NCBI GenBank assembly: GCA_965204745.1 | Contig: OZ242010.1 | Coordinates: 4,384,001 to 4,448,000 of the forward strand | Length of the DNA stretch: 64,000 bases | Source of the DNA: Candidatus Latescibacterota bacterium | GTDB taxonomy: Bacteria; Latescibacterota; UBA2968 | Reading direction: 5' to 3' | Part shown: piece after piece, positions 20,201-30,200 of the stretch | How positions within the stretch are numbered: the stretch's first letter is position 1 | Layout of the letters: each line of letters opens with the position of its first letter | Translations under genes and position numbers: made by a program | The notes under the pieces: generated by a model | What the model was told of the DNA's origin: nothing | The model's database searches: none | What the model saw: the letters and a program-made list of their open reading frames with translations, nothing else

Positions 20201-20891
20201 GCTGTCCACCGGCACCGGCGCCCGTGGGATAGTGGAAGGTGGATGAGACGGTGCCGGTGACGTGGCATCCGCTCACTCTGATGCCTTGCCCGCCCCCCAC
20301 CAGCGCGCCTACATAAGCTTTGTAGGCCGTGCCCGATATATCTACATTGGTCAGCCCCACATTCCGAATAGTTGCGCCCCTTACATACCCGAACAGCCCT
20401 ACGGGCATGTAAGGGGTATCTGTTGTGGTGCGGTTGATATACAGGGCGTTGATAGTGTAGTTGTTGCCCTCAAATATGGCGGTGAAGTTCAAATGGGAGA
20501 AAATGTAGGTAGCGCGAGCGATAGGCGTCCAGCCTGCGCCGCCGTTGTAGTAGTGGTCGCCGCTGTCTTTGCCATCGTCGTCGCCGTTGGCGTCGAAGTT
20601 CAGATTGTTCATCAGTTCGTAGCCGTTACAGCCAGTGGCCGGGCAACCCATGTTCGAGGTGGGGTTGGAGAAGGCGGCGACGTAGGCCGTGGAGTCGGTT
20701 GCCGAGGCGCTTGTATCCACCACGCCATCGCCGTTGAGGTCCCAGCGAATGGCATTCAGTTGCGCCAAGGTGGTGATGTCAATCAGGCGGTCGTTGTCCG
20801 AATCGTAGTCGGTTTGGGCAAAAGCCGGCCCCGATGCCACCAGCATGACCAGCGCGACCAGGGCCAACAAGTGAGCGTAGCGGGATGTCAT
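17205..20891 (-). CDS. Secreted adhesin-like protein G1 (1228 aa): GLUG-like beta-solenoid, four Ig/Calx-like repeats, twin dockerin-like C-terminus
   Basis: GAGAGGAGG RBS; signal peptide ending AFA-Q; GGLVG..SYATGxV repeats; ISENGGVSTV repeats; LDVDGDGxVRLFSDIILxIRY twice. Confidence 0.9.
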   Translation of the reverse strand: MTSRYAHLLALVALVMLVASGPAFAQTDYDSDNDRLIDITTLAQLNAIRWDLNGDGVVDTSASATDSTAYVAAFSNPTSNMGCPATGCNGYELMNNLNFDANGDDDGKDSGDHYYNGGAGWTPIARATYIFSHLNFTAIFEGNNYTINALYINRTTTDTPYMPVGLFGYVRGATIRNVGLTNVDISGTAYKAYVGALVGGGQGIRVSGCHVTGTVSSTFHYPTGAGAGGQHYTGGLIGADLVGAVDSVTSSYASVTVSVHSTVPGTAPHARADISVGGLMGQSATVTSSYATGDVSVNLADSYVGSPPQSNTVQIGGLMGRNKGTVTSSYATGTVTVTADDAQAMVGGLVGRSQSGINSSRATGNVNATTGSDEISLRIGGLVGRAEAGITSSHATGNVVGTADYRIYFGGLVGELIRNGTVTSSYATGNVTGSGPNSNRVMGGGLLGYMLSATLNGGYATGTVTGSSTGANSISYTGGLVGFIAATSTPASAASAINSAYAIGNVSSSATGTSSRAYAGALIGAFASNSTNVSSINATYAIGNVTATGDATTNTGFIVAKSAAAIVTDSYWNTASTGIADDAGDAAPEGKTTSVLQTPTGYTDIYMNWNQNLDGQPGDDDPWTFGTSSQYPVLKYSGMDTTAQFAAQTAVKLVLTPSTINESGPTNQTTVTATLNKALNAAVTITVADAVAGDFTLSSANTLTIAASVTTSTGIVTITAVNDTTDAPDKRVTVSGVMSNDQGVGVTSATLTITDDDPAPTVTMAVAPASILENGAISTVTATLSHPSSAATTITVSVTPVQPAVAGDYTLSTADTLLVAAGQTTSTGTVTITTVDNAVTSGNKTVTVSSTVGNSVGAGSVTDATLTIIDDEVPQVTLVLSPASISENGAVSTITATLDRTVTEATTITVSAEAVSPAEASDFTLSGATTLTIAANVTTSTGSVTITAVNDTTDAPDKRVTVSATVAGGNMASLSSVVTLTITDDEVAPTVTLVLMPSSISENGGVSTVSATLSHPSSAVTTITVSAEAVSPATASDFTLSSADTLIIAASETTSTGTVTITAVDNDARADEKTVTVSATANNTQGINDPSDVTLTITDDETPSANLDVDGDGRVRLFSDIILVIRYVLFFREEALLRGNVIEQQATRTTAQEIEPYLDILVNQNILDVDGDGDVRLFSDIILIIRYVLFFRNEALLRGNVIEQQATRTTAQQIEPFIRSLYPDSHFQ

Positions 20892-20999
20892 TTCAGCCTC
20901 CTCTCGGGGGGATACACTGTACCGATCATCCTAATGGATTGTGCGGAAAAAGCAACCACGGATTGATATGGTTCAACGCTTAATTCGCATGACTTGCAG

Positions 21000-21040
21000 A
21001 AAAGCCCGGAGTCATTAGCGACCCCGGGCTTTTGTTTTTT
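21000..21040. terminator. Rho-independent terminator-like hairpin between G2 and G1
   Basis: AAAAGCCCGGAGTC-attagc-GACCCCGGGCTTTT flanked by A/T runs. Confidence 0.75.
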
Positions 21041-21235
21041 GCGCCGTGTGCGTGCCCATCTGCTCCGCCTATCCGCCGTGCGGCCTCACCCCGCCACCCG
21101 TGCATTCCACTCCTGTCCCCATCCCGCCGTGTGCGTGACCCCCGACCTCGCGCCCCAAGGGGCCAGCGATCAGTTCAGTTCCACCTACCCTCCATCACCC
21201 GCCATCTTCATCTGTGGCGGTCAAGGAACAGGCTT

Positions 21236-24200
21236 TCATTCGAAGTGAGAGTCGGGATAGAGGCTTCGGATGAAGGGTTCAATTTCTTGAGCGGTCGTGC
21301 GCGTAGCCTGTTGCTCGATGACGTTCCCTCTGACGAGGGCATCTTCCCGGAAGAAGAGGACGTATCGAATAATCAGGATTATATCCGAGAACAGTCTCAC
21401 ATCGCCATCGCCATCCACATCGAGAATGTTCTGATTGACCAATATGTCGAGGTAGGGTTCAATTTGTTGAGCAGTCGTACGCGTAGCCTGTTGCTCGATG
21501 ACGTTCCCTCTGAGGAGGGCCTCTTCCCGGAAGAAGAGGACATATCGAATGACCAGGATTATATCCGAGAACAGTCTCACCCGGCCATCGCCATCCACAT
21601 CCAAGTTGGCACTCGGGGTTTCGTCATCGGTAATGGTCAGGGTCACGGGTGCGGGTGCGGTGATGCCTTGGGTGTTGTTTGCGGTTGCAGACACCGTGAC
21701 CGTCTTCTCGTCTGCCCGGGCGTCGTTGTCCGCTGCGGTGATCGTCACGGTGCCCGTGCTCGTCGTCTCACTCGCCGCGATGATCAGCGTGTCTGCACTC
21801 GATAGCGTGAAGTCGCTCGCAGTCGCAGGCGACACAGCCTCCGCTGAAACAGTGATCGTCGTGATCGCGCTCGACGGATGCGACAGCGTCGCGCTCACCG
21901 TGGAAACCTCGGCGTTTTCCGAGATGGACGAGGGGGTGAGCACCAACGTCACGTCCGGCGCTTGGTCATCGTCCGTGATCGTCAGGGTCTCGGAAGATGA
22001 TAGCACCGCCATATTGCCACCCGCCACCGTCGCAGACACGGTCACGCGCTTGTCCGGTGCATCGGTCGTATTATTCACCGCTGTGATCGTCACGGTGCCC
22101 GTGCTCGTCGCCACATTCGCCGCGATAGTCAGCGTGGTCGCACCCGATAGCGTGAAGTCACTCGCCTCCGCAGGCGACACAGCCTCCGCTGAAACAGTGA
22201 TCGTCGTCGCCACGGCTACGGTGCGATCCAGCGTCGCTGTGATCGTCGAAACCTCGGCATTTTCAGAAATCGACGACGGAGACAAAACCAACGTCACCTG
22301 CGCCGCTTCGTCATCGATAATCGTCAGCGTCGCATCAGTGACCGATCCCGCGCCCACGCTGTTGCCCACCGTGCTCGACACGGTCACCGTCTTGTTCCCC
22401 GAAGTCACGGCGTTGTCCACCGTCGTGATCGTCACAGTGCCCGTGCTCGTCGTTTGCCCCGCCGCGACGATCAGCGTGTCCGCCGTGCTCAGCGTGTAAT
22501 CGCCTGCAACAGCAGGTTGCACAGGCGTCACGGAAACCGTGATCGTCGTCGCCGCGCTCGATGGATGCGACAGGGTCGCCGTCACGGTCGAAATCGCGCC
22601 GTTCTCCAAAATCGACGCAGGTGCCACCGCCATCGTCACGGTCGGCGCGGCGTCATCGTCCGTCAGCGTCAAATCAGCCCCGGTCACACTGCCCACGCCT
22701 TGGTCGTTGCGCGCCATACCAGACACGGTCACGCTACGATCAAGTTCGTCTTGGGCGTTGTCCACCGCAGTGATGACCACCGTGTCCGACGCGTTCGCCA
22801 TTTGCCCGGCTGCAATGGCAATCGTCGAATCCGCCCCCACCGCGTAAGCACCAGCCACAGGGCGCACCGTGATCGTCGTCGCCGCGCTCGATGGGTATGC
22901 CAGCGTCGCTGTCACGGTGCTCACACCGCCGTTCTCCGAAATCGACACGGGCATCAGTGCCAACGTCACTACCGCGGGTTGTAGCGTAAATTGCGCGGTG
23001 GCGTCCAGACCGGCATACTTCAACACGGGATACTGATTCGTCGCGCCAAAGTTCCACGGATCGTCGTTGCCCGCTTGTCCGTCCAGATTCAGGTTCCAGT
23101 CGGCATAGATGCTACCGACGGTATAGCCGGTGATGCTTTGGAGGGCACTGGTGGTTTGAGCGCCAGTGGTGCTGCTACTGGTGCCAGCGGTGGTGGTCTG
23201 CCCGGTGGTTTGGGTGTCCCAGTAGCTGTTGGTCATCGGCGTGGCTGAACCACCCTGTTCTCCCGCCAGGCCGCCGGTGGCTGTGGTGCCGGTGCTGGTG
23301 TTGGAAACAGCGCCGATAGCATAGACGGCGGTTATCGAGTTGGCGTCATTGACCTGCACGCGGCCTGTCAGACCGCCCGCTTTGACGCCGGTGCCGCTAC
23401 CAGAAACGTTCCCGGTTGCGTAGCTGGCGCGCAGGTATTCGCCACCATCGAGATTTATCTCCCCCATCAGGCCGCCCACTTTGAGGCTTTGGATGGTGGT
23501 GGCACCGGTGCCGGTGCCACTACCGGAAACGTTCCCGGTCGCGTAGTTGGCGAAGCTGGAACCTCCCATTCTCCCTATCAGGCCGCCCACTCTACCTCGG
23601 CCGGTGGCTGTGACATTCCCGGTCGCGTAGCTGACGCTGACCCGGACAGTGGAATAACCGATCAGGCCACCGGCGGTGACGACGTCGCTCCCGGGCCCGG
23701 AGCTGGTGACCGTCCCAGTGGCGTAGGTGGAGTCGACGCTACCGCTCACATCGGATTCCCCGATCAGGCCGCCGAGGTTAAGCACATTGTTGTTCGTTCC
23801 GACCACATTGCAGGTGGCGTAGCTATCGCTGATGGTCCCATTGGAGTAGCCCAACAGACAGCCGATATAGCCGAAACTGCCACTGCCGGTGGTGTGGGTT
23901 ACGGAGCCGCCGGCAATGTAGCTCCCACGCACCGTGCCGCCGGCACTGAGTTTCCCCGCCAGAGCACCGGTTCGGCCAAAGTTAGTGCCGGTGGCAGTGC
24001 GGGTGTTGGTGATATTCACGTCCAACAAGCCCACATCTCTAATCGTGCCGCTGACATCGCCGAACAGACCGACGAAACTGCCGCCGGTGGCGGTGCTGGT
24101 GCTAGAATTGATAAACAAGTTGGAAATGGTGTTGTCATTGCCGTCAAAGATGGCAGAGAAGACGGTTGCAGCACCGCTGGCGTCAACACCGATGGCCGTC

Positions 24201-27200
24201 CAGTTGGGGTAGTCGTCGCCGGCATCTACGCTCCCGCTACCATTGGAGTCAAAGTCCAAGTTGTTCATCAACTCGTAGCCGGTGCAGGTGGCCGGGCAAC
24301 CCATGCCCGTGGCGGCGTTGGGGAATGCGGTGGTGTAGTTCGTCCAGTCGCTGGCACTGACGCTGCCTTGTGCGCCATCGCCATCGAGGTCATAGCGAAT
24401 GGCATTCAGTTGTGCCAAGGTGGTGATGTCAATCAAGTTATCGTTGTCCGTATCGTAGCCGGACCCGTCATCATCGGTGATCGTCCCGGTGCCGGTGAGG
24501 GTCGTGACCTCGCCGGTGAGGGTCGCATTGACAGGATTGCTCAACTCGACGACCACGGTCTCATTTAGCTCGATGGCGTCGTCACCGCGGACAGTCACGG
24601 CAATGGTATCGCTCGTCACGCCAGCCGCTAAGGTCAGCGTACCAGCAGTGATTGCTGTGTAGTCCGTGCCCGAAGTCGCGGTCCCGCTACCCGCGTCCTC
24701 ATAGCCCACCGTCACTTGCTGACCACTGACCGCGCTCAACGTCACGATGAACTCAAGAGACGCCGTCTCCGTATCGTCGCCCTCGGCCACACTCGGAGAA
24801 CTAATACTCAGCGTCGGCGCGCCATCATCGTCCATCAGCGTCAAATCAGCCCCGGTCACACTGCCCACGCCTTGGTCGTTGATCGCCACACCAGACACGG
24901 TCACGCTACGATCAGCCTCGTCTTGGGCGTTGTCCACCGCAGTGATGACCACCGTGTCCGACGCGTTCGCCGTTTGACCGGCTGCGATGGCAATCGTCGA
25001 ATCCGCCCCCACCGTGTAAGCACCAGCCACAGGGCGCACCGTGATCGTCGTCGCCTCGCTCGATGGGTGTGCCAGCGTCGCCGTCACCGTCGAAACACCG
25101 CCGTTCTCCGAGATCGACGCGGGCATCAGTGCCAACGTCACTATCGCGGGTTGTAGCGTAAATTGCGCGGTGGTGTCCAGGCCGGCATACTTCAACACGG
25201 GGTACTGATTCGTCGCGCCAAAGTACCACGGATCGTCGTTGCCCGCTTGCCCGTCCAGATTCAGGTTCCAGTCGGCATAGATGCTACCGGCGGTATAGTC
25301 GGTGATGCTTTGGAGGGCACTGGTGGTTTGAGCGCCAGTGGTGCTACTGCTGGTTCCAGCGGTGGTGGTCTGCCCGGTGGTTTGGGTGTCCCAGTAGCTG
25401 TTGGTCATCGGCGTGGCTGAACCATCCTGTACTCCCGCCAGGCCGCCGGTGTCTGTGATGCCGGTGCTGGTGCTGGAAACAGCGCCGATAGCATAGACAG
25501 CACTTATCGAGTTGGCGTCATTGACCATCACGCGGCCTATCAGACCGCCCGCTTTGACGCCGGTGCCACTACCAGAAACGTTCCCGGTCGCGTAGCTGGC
25601 GCGCAGGTATTCGCCACTATCAATCTCTATATATCCTGTCAGGCCGCCCATGTTGAGGCTTTGGACGTCGGTGGCACCGGTGCCGGTGCCACTACCGGAA
25701 ACATTCCCGGTCGCGTAGTTGGCGAAGCTGGGACCAGCCATTTTCCCTGTCAGGCCGCCCACGACGCCTCTACTGTCCCCGGAAACGTTCCCAGTCGCGT
25801 AGCTGACGCTGATCTGACCTTCGTTCCTACCGATCAGGCCGCCGACGGCAATCAGGCCGATACCGGTACCGGTACTGGTGACCGTCCCAGTGGCGTAGGT
25901 GGTATCGACAGTACCGCCAGCATCGGATTTCCCGATCAGGCCGCCGATATTAAGCGAATAGTTGTTCGTTCCGGCCAAATTGCAGGTGGCGTAGCTGTCG
26001 CGGACGGTGCCATCGGAGTAGCCCAACAGACAGCCGATATGGCTGGTACTGGTACTGCTGGTAGTGTGGGTTACAGAGCCGCCGGCAACGTGGCTCCCGC
26101 GCACCGTGCCGCCGCTACTGAGGCGCCCCGCCAGAGCACCGGTTCGACCATCGCTCGCACCGGTGCGGGTGTTGGTGATATTCACGTCCTCCAAGCCCAC
26201 ATCTCTAATCGTGCCGGTGACATTGCCGAACAGACCGACGAAACCGCCGCCGGTGGCGGTGCTGGTGCTCAAATTGATAAACAAGTTGGAAATGGTGTTG
26301 TCATTGCCATCAAAGATGGCAGAGAAGACGGTTGCAGCACCGCTGGCGTCAACACCGATGGCCGTCCAGCCGGCACCGCTGTTCCAGTAGGCGCCGCCGT
26401 GGTCGTTGGCGTCCACGGTACCGCTGTTGTCGCTGTCGAAGTCCAAGTTGTTCATCAGTTCGTAGCCGGTGCAGGTGGCCGGGCAACCCATGCCCGAGGC
26501 GGCGGCGGGAAAGGCGGCGTTGTAGTTCATCGTATCACTATCGGCTACGGCGCCATCGCCATTGAGGTCATAGCGAATGGCATTCAGTTGCGCCAAGGAG
26601 GTGACATCAATCAGGTTGTCGTTGTCCGTGTCGTAGTCAATTTGGTCATCATCTCTAATCGTTCCGGTGCCGGTGAGGGTTGTGGCCCCGCCGCTGAGGG
26701 TCGCATTGCTCGGACTGCTCAGCGTCACGATCACGGTCTCATTCGGCTCATTGGCGTCGTCACCGGTGACGGACACGGCAAGGGTATCGCTCGTCACGCC
26801 CGCCGCTAAGGTCAGCGTGCCGGCAGTGATTGCCGTGTAGTCCGTGCCCGAAGTCGCGGTCCCGGTGCCCGCGTCCTCATAGCCCACCGTCACTACCTTC
26901 GTACTCGCCGCACTCAACGAGACGATGAACTCAAGCGACGCCGTCTCCGTATCGTCGCTCTCATCCACACTCGCATCAGCAATACTCAACGTCGGCTCGT
27001 CGTCATCATCGGTGATCGTTCCGGTGCCGGTGAGGGTTGAACCACCGCCGGTGAAGGTCGCATTGCTCGGAGTGCTCAGCGTCACGATCACGGTCTCATC
27101 ATCCTCATCAAGGGCATCGCCAAGGACGGACACGGCAAGGGTATCACTCGTCACGCCAGCCGCAATCGTCAACGTACCGGAAGTAATTTCGGTGTAGTCC

Positions 27201-30200
27201 GTGCCCGAAGTCGCGGTCCCGCTAGTCGCGTCTGCATAGGCCACCGTCACTTGCCGACCACTGACCGCGCTCAACGAGACGATGAACTCAAGCGACGGCG
27301 TGGCGCCAGTGGTACCCTCGTCCACACTCGCATCAGCAATACTCAGCGTCGGCGTCGCGTCATCATCGGTAATCGTTCCGGTGCCGGACGCCGTGCTTAT
27401 CGCCGCATTGCTCGCACTGCTCAGCGTCACGATCACGGTCTCATCATCCTCATCAAGGGCATCGCCGAGGACAGTCACGGCAAGGGTATCGCTCGTCACG
27501 CCAGCCGCTAAGGTCAGCGTGCCAGCAGTGATTGCGGTGTAGTCATCTCCCGAAGTCGCGGTCCCGCTACCCGCGTCCTCATAGTCCACCGTGACTTGCT
27601 GACCACTCGCCTCGTTCAACGTCACGATGAACTCAAGGGATGAGGAACCGCTCCCCTCGGTCACAGTCGGAGAACTAATACTCAGCCTCGGCACGCCGTC
27701 ATCATTGGTGATCGTTCCGGTGCCGGTGAGGGTCGTGCCCCCGCCGCTGAAGGTCGCATTGCCCGCACTGCTCAACTCAACGACCACGGTCTCATCCGGC
27801 TCGTTGGCATCGTCACCGGTGACGGACACGGCAAGGGTATCGCTCGTCACGCCAGCCGCTAACGTCAGCGTGCCGGAAGTGATTGCCGTGTAGTCCGTGC
27901 CCGAAGTCGCGGTCCCGCTAGTCGCGTCCGCATAGCCCACCGTTACTACCTTCCCACTCGCCGCGCTCAACGAGACGATGAACTCAAGCGACGGCGTCTC
28001 CCCAGCGTCACCCTCGGTCACACTCGCATCAGCAATACTCAACGTCGGCTCGTCGTCATCATCGGTGATCGTTCCGGTGCCGGTGAGGGTTGCGTTCCCG
28101 CCGCTGAAGGTCGCATTGCTCGCACTGCTCAACTCGACGATCACGGTCTCATTCTCCTCATCGAGGACATCGCCAAGGACAGACACGGCAAGGGTATCAC
28201 TCGTCACACCAGCCGCAATCGTCAACGTACCGGAAGTAATTTCGGTGTAGTCTGTGCCCGAAGTCGCGGTCCCGCTAGTCGCGTCCGCATAATCCACCGT
28301 CACTTGCCGACCACTGACCGCGCTCAACGAGACGATGAACTCAAGCGACGGCGTGGCGCCAGTGGTGCCCTCGGCCACACTCGGAGAATCAATACTCAGC
28401 GTCGGCGTCGCGTCATCATCGGTGATCGTTCCGGTGCCGGTCGCCGTGCTTATCACCGCATTGACCGCATTGCTCAACTCGACGATCACGGTCTCATTAT
28501 CCTCATCGAGGGCATCGGCGAGGACTGATACGGCAAGGGTATCGCTCGTCACGCCAGCCGCAATCGTCAGCGTGCCAGACGCAAGGGCAGTGTAGTCCGC
28601 TCCCGGCGTCGCGGTCCGACCCGTAGCGGTTTCCGCATAGTCCACCGTAACTTGCAGACCACTCGCCGCGTTCAACGTCACGACGAACTCAAGGGATGAG
28701 GAACCGCTCCCCTCGGCCACAGTCGGAGAACTAATACTCAGCCTCGGCACGCCGTCATCATTGGTGATCGTTCCGGTGCCGGTAAGGGTCGTGGCCCCGC
28801 CGGTGAAGGTCGCATTGCTCGGATTGCTCAGCGTCACGACCACAGTCTCATCCGGCTCGTTGGCGTCGTCACCGGTGACGGACACGGCAAGGGTATCGCT
28901 CGTCACGCCAGCCGCTAAGGTCAGCGTGCCGGCAGTGATTGCCGTGTAGTCCGTGCCCGAAGACGCGGTCCCGCTAGTCGCATCCACATAATCCACCGTC
29001 ACTACCTTCCCACTCGCCGCGCTCAACGAGACGATGAACTCAAGCGACGGCGTCTCCCCAGCGTCACCCTCGGTCACACTCGCATCAGCAATACTCACCA
29101 CCGGCGGGTCGTCATCATCGGTGATCGTTCCGGTACCGGTGAGGGTTGCGTTCCCGCCGCTGAAGGTCGCATTGCTCGCACTACTCAGCGTCACGATCAC
29201 GGTCTCATCATCCTCATCGAGGACATCGCCAAGGACAGTCACGGCAAGGGTATCGCGCGTCACGCCAGCCGCTAAGGTCAGCGTGCCGGAAGTGATTGCC
29301 GTGTAGTCCGTGCCCGAAGACGCGGTCCCGCTAGTCGCGTCCGCATAATCCACCGTCACTTGCCGACCACTGACCGCGCTCAACGAGACGATGAACTCAA
29401 GCGACGGCGTGGCGCCAGTGGTGCCCTCGGCCACACTCGCAGAAGCAATACTCAGCGTCGGCGTCGCGTCATCATCGGTGATCGTTCCGGTGCCGGTCGC
29501 CGTGCTGATCGTCGCATTGACCGCATTGCTCAACTCGACGACCACGGTCTCATTCTCCTCATCGAGGGCATCGGCGAGGACTGATACGGCAAGGGTATCG
29601 CGCGTCACGCCAGCCGCAAACGTCAGCGTGCCGCCAGTGATTGCCGTGTAGTCCGCTCCCGGCGTCGCGGTCCGACCCGTAGCGGTTTCCGCATAGTCCA
29701 CCGTGACTTGCTGACCACTCGCCGCGCTCAACGTCACGATGAACTCGAGGGATGAGGAACCGCTCCCCTCGGTCACAGTCGGAGAACTAATACTCAGCGT
29801 CGGCACGCCATCATCATTGGTGATCGTTCCGGTGCCGGTCGCCGTGCTTATCGTCGCATTGCTCGGATTGCTCAGCGTCACGATCACAGTCTCATTCGGC
29901 TCGTTGGCGTCGTCACCGGTGACGGATACGGCAATGGTATCGCTCGTCACACCCGCAGCAAACGTCAATGTGCCAGAATCAAGGGCAGTGTAGTCCACCC
30001 CCGGCGTCGCGGTCCGACCCGTAGCGGTTTCCGCATAGTCCACCGTCACTTGCCGACCACTGACCGCGCTCAACGTGACGATGAACTCAAGCGACGCTGT
30101 CTCCGTCGCGTCGCTCTCATCCACACTCGGAGAACCAATACTCAGCGTCGGCGGGTCATCATCATCGGTTAGCGTCAAATTCGCGTAGGGCAAACCGCCC

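Noticed and set aside
17169-22720. Near-identical C-terminal regions as a DGR template/variable repeat pair
   Set aside because: Both copies are coding, differences are not restricted to adenines, and no reverse transcriptase is present
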